IMG/VR virus record: IMGVR_UViG_3300014932_000131
Strand: one strand, 5' to 3'
DNA length: 64,000 bases
Source: a virus
Lineage: Duplodnaviria > Heunggongvirae > Uroviricota > Caudoviricetes
The notes below the pieces were generated by a model. The model saw nothing but the letters and a program-made list of their open reading frames with translations. It searched no databases and was not told the DNA's origin. The position numbers were made by a program, and so were the translations under genes. Position 1 is the first letter of the stretch, and the number at the start of each line of letters is the position of its first letter. Below are positions 30,799 to 40,587 of this stretch, piece after piece.

Positions 30799-33285
30799 TT
30801 ATTTATATTTATTTAGCCAACCACCATTTTCATCTTTAGATAATCTAGGTTCCATTCCTTTAGGAATATCTCTTGAAGCATTTGGATTACCTAAAGGACT
30901 ATTTACATATGCTTCAGGATTGAAGTTTGGATTTCTTTTCATGAATCCTGGTTCTTCCCACCAATTAATAGGTCCTCTTGTAACTTGTTGTGTACTAGTT
31001 GGTTTAGGAACTTCTTTATATCCTTTTAACCAATTTTCTTTATATAACTTAACATTAGGATTAGATATAGATATAGGTTCTTTTGAATAAACAACTGGAT
31101 CATCAAACATAGGTCCTGTATAAGCTGCTACATTCTCATCTACAAATAAGTCTTTATTTCCTTTCACTTCTGTCATGTAAGGTCCTTCATATCCTGCTCT
31201 TCCAGTAGCATCTCTAAGTCTTGTATCTAAAGGATATCCTTTGTTATAGTATGCTTCTGTATGACCTGATCCTATTGGAGGTCTAACTACACCACTCTCT
31301 AAAGCATCTGCATATCCTTCTTTACCTATCATTCTATAATAAGCTTCTGGGTTTGCTTTAAATGCATAAGGATTTAACTTATAAGCATTTTTTAAAGCTG
31401 TTTCTTCTGTAAGATATTTACCTGCTGTTTCTGCTCCTGCTTTAATTAATTTACCTCCACCAATTCCAGCCTCTATAGCTAACATAGGTTCAACAAGATT
31501 GTTCATAGCATTAGCTGCATATTTAGAACTTGCTGCTCTATTTAATAATGCAGAATTTTCTTCTCTTCTTTGTGCTTTCTCTTTTTCTAATCTTTCAGCT
31601 TCTCCCTTCTTAGGAGTATATTGAGACATTGTAGGTCTATTAGCATTTCTTTTAGCTAAGAACTCTTCAGCTTGTTCTTTTAACTTTTTACTAATATTCT
31701 CACCATCCTGAGCCATTGGGTATTCTGTAACCTTCTTACCTTCAAACTTATAGTGTTGATCAGGATACATCATTTGTTGATGTCCTGTATCAGATACACC
31801 AAGTACAGGATAATCAACTCCTTCCATTGTAATATTATTAGAATTGATTCTTGTTATCTCACCTGGGTGAGCCCATTGACCCATGTCATCTTCAATTACA
31901 GAACCATTTTTACTAATACTCTTAGGAGTGAAGTCTAGTCCATTCTGATAGAAACTCATTTCCTTGCCATTCTGAGCACTTGCTTTTGTCTTCTTAGTAT
32001 ACTTACCATTAGCAGGAGCTGAGCCAGCTGTGCGTGCGTATGTGAATCCTACAGCACCTGGCATACTTCCACCCATTTGGTATTTAGGATTATTATAAGC
32101 TTTACCTTTGTCAATACTATTTAATACACCTGTGCCTTTCTTATATCCATTATTTGCATACCATTGAGCATCTTGTTCATTTTTAAAATTAATATACTCT
32201 CCTGTATGTCTAGCATAATCAACAGCTGTTTTTCTATCAACTACTGGTCCTGGCTTATCTAAGTATTGTAAATTTCCAGGTTGAGTGTAGACATCTAATG
32301 GATTAAATGTTTTAGGATTTACCACTGTAGGAAAAACCATATTATCAGCATCAGCCATATAGTGAGTAGACATTTCACCACTTGGAGTTTGTGATAAATG
32401 TATTGGAGCAGGAGGATTATTTTTAGCATAATATCTTTGTACAAAATCCTTATCCATATTAGCATTATTAACACTATCTACCCATGCTTTATTATGTAAA
32501 CTACCACCATTCTGAAACTGTCCTCCCCATGCTGGAGACTTCCAGTTAGATGCACCATAACCAAGTCCTACAAATCCAGGACCTGTAGAAGCTTTAGCAT
32601 CATTATAGTTACTCTGTTTACCATAGTTATCATGAATCTTTTCTAATACCATTCCACCTTGCTCATATTTATTTAACCAGCCCCCATTCTCTTTCTTAGG
32701 CTCATCCTTGAGGTCTGAGAACTTTTTGGTAGTTTTATCTGTCCATTGTCCACCTGTTGATTCTAGAGCTTTAAATGCTCTTGTCACCTTACTGTGTGTA
32801 ATTATATCATCACTAGCAGGAGCTTTCTTAACCATATCATAAGCTTGCTCCATTCTTTGAGCAAAGTTACTAAATGGTTCTCCACCAGGGACAACAGTGT
32901 TAGGATTCTTTACCCATTGTTTCTCTTTGAAACTTCCTTCAGGAGCTCCATCATATTCACCTATATCCCATGTTCTAAGTAATGGAGATGTGGTATGTTG
33001 CATACCAGCTTCATTAGCCATTAAATCTGCTGTTTCTTTAGCTCTCTGTATATCACTAGATATAACAGCTTTCTTTCCTTGTTGAGCAGCTTGTTTACCT
33101 ATTTGCTTTGCATACTTAATTCCTTTTTGAGTTAAGTCAGTTGGATTTACACCATTCTCTAACTTATCTGCTGTAGCACTATCTTCTCCATGCTCATACA
33201 CTTCTGTACCATTCAACTTGATTGGAGGAACTTTAGGACCATTAATAGGTCCACCATTGTCATATTTTTTTAACCACTTAACCAT
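30799..33285 (-). CDS. 828-aa virion protein with N-terminal histidine-phosphatase (phosphoglycerate-mutase-like) domain and three NGGWLNKY motifs
   Basis: LTQKGIKYAKQIGKQAAQQGKKAVISSDIQRAKETADLMA aligns with GpmB-type LTAKGEQQA...HIISSDLGRTRRTAEIIA. Downstream PGGEPF..QRMEQAYD and DIITHSKVTRAF match the PGM core. Canonical RHG is EHGE here. GGWLNKY-like motif at the N-terminus, near aa 200 and at the extreme C-terminus. Confidence 0.65.
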   Translation of the reverse strand: MVKWLKKYDNGGPINGPKVPPIKLNGTEVYEHGEDSATADKLENGVNPTDLTQKGIKYAKQIGKQAAQQGKKAVISSDIQRAKETADLMANEAGMQHTTSPLLRTWDIGEYDGAPEGSFKEKQWVKNPNTVVPGGEPFSNFAQRMEQAYDMVKKAPASDDIITHSKVTRAFKALESTGGQWTDKTTKKFSDLKDEPKKENGGWLNKYEQGGMVLEKIHDNYGKQSNYNDAKASTGPGFVGLGYGASNWKSPAWGGQFQNGGSLHNKAWVDSVNNANMDKDFVQRYYAKNNPPAPIHLSQTPSGEMSTHYMADADNMVFPTVVNPKTFNPLDVYTQPGNLQYLDKPGPVVDRKTAVDYARHTGEYINFKNEQDAQWYANNGYKKGTGVLNSIDKGKAYNNPKYQMGGSMPGAVGFTYARTAGSAPANGKYTKKTKASAQNGKEMSFYQNGLDFTPKSISKNGSVIEDDMGQWAHPGEITRINSNNITMEGVDYPVLGVSDTGHQQMMYPDQHYKFEGKKVTEYPMAQDGENISKKLKEQAEEFLAKRNANRPTMSQYTPKKGEAERLEKEKAQRREENSALLNRAASSKYAANAMNNLVEPMLAIEAGIGGGKLIKAGAETAGKYLTEETALKNAYKLNPYAFKANPEAYYRMIGKEGYADALESGVVRPPIGSGHTEAYYNKGYPLDTRLRDATGRAGYEGPYMTEVKGNKDLFVDENVAAYTGPMFDDPVVYSKEPISISNPNVKLYKENWLKGYKEVPKPTSTQQVTRGPINWWEEPGFMKRNPNFNPEAYVNSPLGNPNASRDIPKGMEPRLSKDENGGWLNKYK

Positions 33286-34148
33286 TACTTAAATGAAATT
33301 TCAGCAGGTGTAACAATGAATCCACTAATTAAATGCAAATCAGATTTGTCATCTAGTATATGTCTGACCTTCAAGAACTTAGCTCTTAAAGGTTCTTTTT
33401 TATATGAACGTTTACCATAATCCATGTTAGCTTGATTTAACACTTTATCAATAGATAAAGACTCACAACTGGTTAGGAACAAAGGTACGGTTTTATCTTT
33501 AACTAATCCCCAGAAAGTATTATATTGATAGAAACCATCTGACTTAGCATACATGATTGTTTTACTATCAGTGTTGTATATAGGATAGCTCATATATGAT
33601 TGTAAGTTACGCAATGGTTTAGGAACCAAGTTTAACAAACCAGAACATTGTTGACCATTATATAGAATAGCTTTATTAAAATAGCCATTAATTTCTATAG
33701 CTGAGTTATCATTATATGCTCCATTAGTACTAGGAAGATACTTAATAGCTCTGGTATAGTCTTTTACATTCTGTAATATTTCATCATATGATTGATATGC
33801 AAATGGATATTCTAGAATGAACGGTTCTATATTATCATAATATGTGTTATATATAGTTGAAGAATATAGATGTTTCCATATAGTGGCTGTATTAGTAGGC
33901 ACAAATTCAATGGCAGCTATCTCTTCTTGTGTAAGTGCTCCTATAGGTAATTCCAATACTGTATGACATTTACCAGTGGATTGTAATATAATTGTAGTAA
34001 CACTATCAGAAACACTCACTGTATATCCATCAATAAGATCTTCCTTAGATATATCTACACCTAAGACATCACCTAGATTATCCAAAATCGTGAATGGTCC
34101 TGTTCTGTTTCCAGCTGCTGTTAATTTTACTATTACTACTTTAGACAT
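33285..34148 (-). CDS. Hypothetical structural protein (287 aa) sharing an N-terminal ~70-aa domain with ORF 42737..43315
   Basis: MSKVVIVKLTAAGNRTGPFTILDNLG... versus MTVTITLTLAGSDTGPFNLYSDENG... (LTxAGxxTGPF motif plus downstream G-YT..V.D..T.I.....G.C pattern). Confidence 0.55.
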   Translation of the reverse strand: MSKVVIVKLTAAGNRTGPFTILDNLGDVLGVDISKEDLIDGYTVSVSDSVTTIILQSTGKCHTVLELPIGALTQEEIAAIEFVPTNTATIWKHLYSSTIYNTYYDNIEPFILEYPFAYQSYDEILQNVKDYTRAIKYLPSTNGAYNDNSAIEINGYFNKAILYNGQQCSGLLNLVPKPLRNLQSYMSYPIYNTDSKTIMYAKSDGFYQYNTFWGLVKDKTVPLFLTSCESLSIDKVLNQANMDYGKRSYKKEPLRAKFLKVRHILDDKSDLHLISGFIVTPAEISFK

Positions 34149-34159
34149 TTATTATTATT

Positions 34160-37100
34160 TTAAGAAACATAAACTGCATTACCACTCAAATTACAATTTA
34201 ATATAACTGTTGTAGTGGTTGTAGTGGTTGGATTAGGAAGCTCTTGTACAGCTATTGCATGTAAATCACATCCCTCATTTAAACCAGAATAGAATATATT
34301 GTTTTCTGCTATATAGAAGTTAGGTATATAACTATGAAAGCTTACCCAACTTTTTGTATTTACATTAAATGATAAAGTCCAAGACTTATTACAGAAGTAT
34401 TTAGGATCTGTAAGATTTACATATTGTCTAAGCACTGTTGAACCATAAGTCTTATTTATATAAAACTTCTTAAGATCACTATCATATTTAATAACTCCTA
34501 CATAAGCTAATTGAGGAATGTAATCTAACTTACTGATAATCACTCTATCATACTTACTATCATATACACCATGTACACCTATACCATTAAAGTGGTTATC
34601 TACATCTGCATTAGCATAATATCTAAGTATCTCAAATGGTAAGTGATCTGTAATAAATCTATTCACACCAGAACCAAATCCAGTGATATCTTCAGGAACA
34701 TATTTACCATACATACTTAATGATATCAAAAATATCTGACCTCTTTTAGCATCTATTGTAATTTGTCCTTGAGGAATCTTTAATAAGAACTTATTCTGTG
34801 TACCTACATATCCAAGATTTGTTTCAGCAAAATCTACTGGAGGATTACCAAACAATGAAGGATTACCCAAATAAGCAGCTTGAGGATTACTTGTATTCAT
34901 TGTTAACAATGTATTGTATAACAATGACTTATTCTCAAATCTAGCTAGAATAGATTTATTCTGAATACCATCTAAAGAAACTAACTTACCAAAGTTTTCT
35001 GGAAAGTCAAAGAAAGAAATAGGTGCATAGTTTAACCAGCTATTAACTCTTGTACTAGGATTAGATGATTGTTGTTCAGAATATATAACTCTAAATGGAT
35101 AGTATGTATAACAATTATTAGGTTTCCAATCTACAGGCAAATGAGAGAAATAGTTTTCTTTATTTTGCTTAGAGAACGTAACATTATATGTATATGTATT
35201 ATCAAAAGCAATAGGAACAAAAGATTGTTGTAACCAGTTGTCAGGAATACCAGAGCTCACATGAGGATAGAAGTCTCCTTCTTGATTGTTAAATGCTTGA
35301 CGTAAATCAGTATTGATAGAAGATTCTACATAGAAATATGGTATACCATATGCAAATAAATAGAACTTACCATCATAATAAGCATTTGTTGTACTTACAG
35401 TTACAGTTCCAGTCAAATCTTTAGTTGTACTAGTTGTAGTTGTAGTTGTACTTCCAATTGCTGGATTATTAGGACAGTCAAAGTAATGAGCTTTAACTGA
35501 TATAATATTTTTAAGATTTGTCTTTCCTGCTTGATAATCACTTAAAATAGATCTAGAAGAATGCCAGTATTGTGGATAAGCCACATTACCTATTTCATCA
35601 TAATAAACATCACTGTCATCAGGAGCTCCCACCCTATTATCAATAAAGAAAGGAAGTTTGGTTTTTAATGCAAACTTACCAATAAATGTATCTCCACCAA
35701 ATATAGTTTCATCTGTACCTACTGTTGTAATAAGCTTTTGAAATCCTGTATCAATTGTATTATAAGAATACATTTGTCCCCATTGGTCAGCAATTATATT
35801 CTTGATAGATCCATAATAGGATACCACCTTAATATCTTTTTGATCTTCTGGAGTAGCACAATTACCATTTTCTGATATAGTAAATCTTGATGTATCAGAA
35901 ATCTCAGGTATTCCATTATTAAGAAGATTAGGTGTTTGATTTACATATGGAAGAGGAGTAGTTCCTGCTGTCTTTAAATAAACAGAAGATTCTCTTTGCC
36001 AGTTGTTTATTGTAAGATCATCACCAACTGATTCTACACCAGGAATAAGATATTGATAAATATCAAGTTCTCTTTGTTTTATTCCTAAGCCATTATCTAC
36101 AGCTACTCCATAATCATAACTAGCTATAGAGTTAAATGAATATGCATAGTTTCTTCTAGTAATACCATTTATATAAAGTTGTAAGTATGCTTGAAAAGCT
36201 GTAAACATTGCTGTTGCATCAAGTGTACCTGTAGTCATAGCAATATTATAGCTTGAGTTCAAAGCATCTACTTGTGCACTTTCACTTACTAGTTTATATT
36301 GAGCATTCTTTTTAACTTGTACAAAATGAGCTTTACCAGCACCAAAAATTGCATTCTCTATCTTAAGAACATTACCTAATGTAGGTTGTCCAAAAGAAGT
36401 TTCTGGTGAATTAAATACATATCTATATTTAGAAGAATTATCAGAAAACCCAGTTAAATTAGATGGATAACATATTGTATTCTTATTATTGTTATTTATT
36501 GTTACACTAGCTTTGTTTGATCCTCCTACTACTTTAGGTAATGTAACAGAGTTTACATTTATTGGATTACCTGGATAAACATAAATATTAGTAAGTTGTT
36601 GTGTAAGAGCATCTGTATAATTAAACTCCGTGTAAGTAATATCATAACAGGTTAATACATAAGATGTACCGCTTATATTTGTAATAGTAGCTATTCCTGT
36701 TGTTACAACAGGAAGTGTTACAGAACATAAATTAAATATTTCATTACTAGTAAAAGTTCTCACTGCTATTTCGCCTGTATTACAATTAGTATATTGAACT
36801 GAACCAGCAATACTTGCTGATATACTATAAGTAACACATTGTGAGTTATAAGCATTATTTTGTGCTAATAAGAATGGATCAGAACTTAAATCATTATAAG
36901 GATAATTAGGGTAGTAGTAAGAAGTTCCTTCTCTTGAATATGTACCAACATTTCTTAATATACCTTTTGCTACAACAGATTGATTAGTGCTTCTATCTCC
37001 TCTAACTACCTTGAATCCAACAATTTGATCTTTCTCATATTGTGTAAGAGAAGATTGACGTATTAATTCAAAAACTTGTTCTGAGTTTATTTTAACACCA

Positions 37101-38695
37101 ATTGGAAATACAGCATCATTTTGCATCACTGGTACTATTTGATTACCAGAATATACAATTGTTGGTGTTTCAAAAATAGGACTTACAGATACATCTGGAA
37201 ACTTATGATGTCTAATAGGAGTATCAGCAAGATCTCCCCATACATCTGTATTACATGGATAAAGTTCTGTAGATTCCCAATAAGCAAATTCACCATATTG
37301 ATAAGGTCCTTTGTAAGTTTTCTTATCTACAGCAGCTGCATATTGAGGAGAATAGTCTGTTAGAGCTCCTGTATTGTATATTTTCCAATATGGAGCAACT
37401 GTTCCTGATCCAATATAGTCAGCATTACTAGCTTTTGTTACATCTGGATGAGCTTCATTACCATTCTTTTTTCTACCAGGAATATGAAAACCATCTGTTT
37501 GTTTACCATTTCTAAGTAAGAAAACAATCTCAAATGGATATATTTCATCTCTAAGATAGCCTCTTAGATTAGCAGCATTTAATGAATCAGCATAGTTTTC
37601 TGTAGAAGGGATTCTCCAAGTTTCCCATGCAAGTTCAATTTGATTAGCAATCTTTTGATAATTCACTCTATCTATAGAAGTAAGATTATCCCATACTAAT
37701 AAATCTTGAACTGATGTTATATCTTGAGCAATATCATAATAAGGAAACTTCTCAATTATATCTGCAGTGGAAAGTGTAATAGCTGTTACATCTTGACCTG
37801 AATAAACTATTTGTTTAGTAGCACCATCAATAAAATATGTTCCTACCAATGAAACAGCACTAGCACCATTTATAGTTTTAATAACAGCCAAGTTATAATA
37901 TTCAAAATACCCTGTAAGATCTATATTACTAACATCTATTGCAATTGATTTACCCACAGGATAGTTAAAATCATTTGTGGTAAGTTGAGGATTAGCAATA
38001 GGTGTAGGATTGGTTACTGAATAGTAAGAAGTGTAAGCATCTCCTAGAGCACTACAGTATTGAATGGCAAACTGATATGTTCCAGCTATTAAAGCTCCAC
38101 CATTAAGAATACTATTAATTGATAGTTGTGGAATATTAAAATTAGGCTGAATACTTAATTTATTACAATCAATTACAGGAAGTGTTTCAGGATTACAAAT
38201 AACTCCATCTGGATAAATTGTAGTAAGTGGAGGATTATTTAAATCTATAAATCTTCTAGGATTAAGACCATCTGTCCAATATACCTCTGTTGTACAGTTT
38301 GTAATCTTATGTACAGCTTTATGAATTGGATATTCTATATTAAAATTAAGACAATCTCCATTAATATATTGATGATAAACACAATCATTATTAACCATAT
38401 ATCCTATTTCAGAACCTCCTGTTAAAGAATTTGCTAAGAAGAATATATGTTTGCTTTGTTCTTGAATAAAGTGTGTACCAATAAGTTGATAACCATCAGG
38501 AAATTGTAGGCAAAAGGTATTTCCCTGCTCATTCTGATAGTTAACAGAATTAGCATCAAAGTTTTCCAATGCAGCATTTAAGGCATAAGTAAGCTTACCT
38601 TTCTCAACCTGATTTACGGTTGAATCCATATTTAAACCAATTCTACCAAGATTATACTCTTGTCTAAGTGGTCCTTGTTGTTGTTCTTCAGCCAT
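34160..38695 (-). CDS. Large hypothetical structural protein, 1511 aa (tail hub/muzzle-like size class)
   Basis: Complete 4.5-kb ORF; beta-rich Asn/Tyr/Thr-rich composition; poly-Thr tracts near both ends. Confidence 0.6.
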   Translation of the reverse strand: MAEEQQQGPLRQEYNLGRIGLNMDSTVNQVEKGKLTYALNAALENFDANSVNYQNEQGNTFCLQFPDGYQLIGTHFIQEQSKHIFFLANSLTGGSEIGYMVNNDCVYHQYINGDCLNFNIEYPIHKAVHKITNCTTEVYWTDGLNPRRFIDLNNPPLTTIYPDGVICNPETLPVIDCNKLSIQPNFNIPQLSINSILNGGALIAGTYQFAIQYCSALGDAYTSYYSVTNPTPIANPQLTTNDFNYPVGKSIAIDVSNIDLTGYFEYYNLAVIKTINGASAVSLVGTYFIDGATKQIVYSGQDVTAITLSTADIIEKFPYYDIAQDITSVQDLLVWDNLTSIDRVNYQKIANQIELAWETWRIPSTENYADSLNAANLRGYLRDEIYPFEIVFLLRNGKQTDGFHIPGRKKNGNEAHPDVTKASNADYIGSGTVAPYWKIYNTGALTDYSPQYAAAVDKKTYKGPYQYGEFAYWESTELYPCNTDVWGDLADTPIRHHKFPDVSVSPIFETPTIVYSGNQIVPVMQNDAVFPIGVKINSEQVFELIRQSSLTQYEKDQIVGFKVVRGDRSTNQSVVAKGILRNVGTYSREGTSYYYPNYPYNDLSSDPFLLAQNNAYNSQCVTYSISASIAGSVQYTNCNTGEIAVRTFTSNEIFNLCSVTLPVVTTGIATITNISGTSYVLTCYDITYTEFNYTDALTQQLTNIYVYPGNPINVNSVTLPKVVGGSNKASVTINNNNKNTICYPSNLTGFSDNSSKYRYVFNSPETSFGQPTLGNVLKIENAIFGAGKAHFVQVKKNAQYKLVSESAQVDALNSSYNIAMTTGTLDATAMFTAFQAYLQLYINGITRRNYAYSFNSIASYDYGVAVDNGLGIKQRELDIYQYLIPGVESVGDDLTINNWQRESSVYLKTAGTTPLPYVNQTPNLLNNGIPEISDTSRFTISENGNCATPEDQKDIKVVSYYGSIKNIIADQWGQMYSYNTIDTGFQKLITTVGTDETIFGGDTFIGKFALKTKLPFFIDNRVGAPDDSDVYYDEIGNVAYPQYWHSSRSILSDYQAGKTNLKNIISVKAHYFDCPNNPAIGSTTTTTTSTTKDLTGTVTVSTTNAYYDGKFYLFAYGIPYFYVESSINTDLRQAFNNQEGDFYPHVSSGIPDNWLQQSFVPIAFDNTYTYNVTFSKQNKENYFSHLPVDWKPNNCYTYYPFRVIYSEQQSSNPSTRVNSWLNYAPISFFDFPENFGKLVSLDGIQNKSILARFENKSLLYNTLLTMNTSNPQAAYLGNPSLFGNPPVDFAETNLGYVGTQNKFLLKIPQGQITIDAKRGQIFLISLSMYGKYVPEDITGFGSGVNRFITDHLPFEILRYYANADVDNHFNGIGVHGVYDSKYDRVIISKLDYIPQLAYVGVIKYDSDLKKFYINKTYGSTVLRQYVNLTDPKYFCNKSWTLSFNVNTKSWVSFHSYIPNFYIAENNIFYSGLNEGCDLHAIAVQELPNPTTTTTTTVILNCNLSGNAVYVS

Positions 38696-38704
38696 AGTTA
38701 ATTA

Positions 38705-39676
38705 TTAGTTTCTTCCCCAACCGTATGCGTTATAAGATCTATTAGGTAATTCATACATATTGAATCTATTCAAGTCATTCTTAATCCTTCTTTGTTTAGT
38801 CCAAGGATCTTGTTTCTTGATTTCAATATCAGCCATGATGAAAGCTTCATCAGACAAACTTTTGTAATATCCTAGTTTCTGTTGTAACTGAGCAAAGGTT
38901 TCATCTGTTAACTGATTAGTTAATGTTTCAAACACTTTATATTTAATAAAGTGCTCAACATATTCTCTAATACGATAGTTATCAGGAACTAATTGATTAC
39001 CTATTTCATCATACTCTGTAGCATAAAATATCAAATGAACTGTACCTTCTCTAAAGTTGGTAACAAATTTATTATCTCTAATATCAAATGAGTCATAGCT
39101 AGCAGAACCTGGAGTGAACTCATGGATTGGTGGAGGTGGAACATAAAACTCCCAAGCATTAGTATATTCTACATCACAGTTCTTTCTTACAGATATATTA
39201 CCTGGCTTAAGTAAGTATTCATTTCTATATCCTCTAGCAACTTGTTGATTAGTTTTATATACAGCTTGAATAAGCTCAGGCATACATGAAGGACATCCTG
39301 TAGTACATTGTGGATTAGTACATGGTACAGTTCCACTTATATATGGAGATACTTGAATAGTTGTCTGTGAGGATGCTTGAGAATAGAATGAATTAGCTGT
39401 TTGATAAGGATAGTTAGATGGTATTTCTGTACACATCCAAGCTTCTCTTACAGCATAGAAGTTATCAGGAAGTCTAGATTCAAAGTCATTCATATGAAGA
39501 ATCTCTTCAGAAATAACATAAGTTGCTCTACCTAACTTCTTTAAACATTTGTCTAAATAAGTAGGAAACAGCAAATCATCCACTGCACCTGTATCAAAAT
39601 AACTTTTTAACTCTTCCTTAACAGTTGCATAGATTGGTTGAGGAGAGACAAAGTTGTACTTGTAATAATAACTCAT
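38705..39676 (-). CDS. hypothetical protein, 323 aa
   Basis: Complete ORF; 4-nt overlap with the upstream HNH gene. Confidence 0.5.
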   Translation of the reverse strand: MSYYYKYNFVSPQPIYATVKEELKSYFDTGAVDDLLFPTYLDKCLKKLGRATYVISEEILHMNDFESRLPDNFYAVREAWMCTEIPSNYPYQTANSFYSQASSQTTIQVSPYISGTVPCTNPQCTTGCPSCMPELIQAVYKTNQQVARGYRNEYLLKPGNISVRKNCDVEYTNAWEFYVPPPPIHEFTPGSASYDSFDIRDNKFVTNFREGTVHLIFYATEYDEIGNQLVPDNYRIREYVEHFIKYKVFETLTNQLTDETFAQLQQKLGYYKSLSDEAFIMADIEIKKQDPWTKQRRIKNDLNRFNMYELPNRSYNAYGWGRN

Positions 39677-40107
39677 AATCTAACGTGTTTTAAATCTTTT
39701 CTTATTGCTGTATCTATATTAACTCCCTTATCTAATCTTCTTTTAATTAGTTGATAATCTAGTCCAACATCTTTTGCAATATCTTTTAAAATTCTTTTTT
39801 CATTGTTGTATATAATATAAATATTACAACTTCTATTTCTAACTTGTTCTGCTTTAGTTGACCATCTACAATTATCTTTACAGTAATTTCCATCATTATT
39901 TATTCTGTCTAAAGAATGTAAACTTGATGGTCTTTTTCCCATATCTTCTAAAAAACCTTCAAAATTTAACCACTTATCACAAACAGTAATTCCTCTTCCT
40001 CCATATCTATGATAGTTTGGAGTATTTGGATTAAAACATCTAGTTTTAAAGTTATTCCAAACTTTATATTCTGGAGAACTTCTACGTTCTGTTATTTTCT
40101 TTTTCAT
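39673..40107 (-). CDS. HNH homing-endonuclease-like protein (phage HNH_3/AP2-type) with C-terminal helix-turn-helix-like tail
   Basis: SPEYKVWNNFKTRCFNPNTPNYHRYGGRGITVCDKW...SLDRINNDGNYCKDNCRWSTKAEQVRN matches the common phage HNH signature (YGGRGI.VC..W ... S.DRI.N.G.Y...NCRW.T..EQ..N). Confidence 0.75.
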   Translation of the reverse strand: MKKKITERRSSPEYKVWNNFKTRCFNPNTPNYHRYGGRGITVCDKWLNFEGFLEDMGKRPSSLHSLDRINNDGNYCKDNCRWSTKAEQVRNRSCNIYIIYNNEKRILKDIAKDVGLDYQLIKRRLDKGVNIDTAIRKDLKHVRL

Positions 40108-40108
40108 A

Positions 40109-40585
40109 TTATTTCTTCCACTCTCTGTATATATGTTGATACTTATCGTCTGTTTTTATATAATGTGAAAGTAACCTAGAGGTTGTGCGAGTAGGTTTAA
40201 AATACCAAAGATTTATATTCTTTAGTCTAGCTGTTTCTTTGAACCACATCCAGCCAAAGAAATAACCTTCTGTGTGATAATTAAAGTTGTATATTATTTT
40301 ACCCTTCTCTTTACTTCTTTTCCAATCAACTGGTAAGTTAACATATTCTTTACCATCTACATCTTTTAGTTTCTTTCTTTTCTTTTTATTGATTGAAAAC
40401 TCTCCAAATCCAAATGGAAGCTTAGCTTTCTCTCCTGTTTCTAAAATATAATTCTTGAAAGATTCATTATATAGATATATAATGTTTCTCCACTCATCAA
40501 ATGTAATTTTAATAGTGGGATTTTTTTTGCAGAAATTATTGTAGTTTTCCTTACTGGAGCTTCTCCAATCTATCTTTATACGCAT
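40109..40585 (-). CDS. Lys-rich hypothetical protein, 158 aa (possible partner of the HNH cassette)
   Basis: Complete ORF, 1-nt gap to the HNH gene; highly basic. Confidence 0.45.
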   Translation of the reverse strand: MRIKIDWRSSSKENYNNFCKKNPTIKITFDEWRNIIYLYNESFKNYILETGEKAKLPFGFGEFSINKKKRKKLKDVDGKEYVNLPVDWKRSKEKGKIIYNFNYHTEGYFFGWMWFKETARLKNINLWYFKPTRTTSRLLSHYIKTDDKYQHIYREWKK

Positions 40586-40587
40586 GT

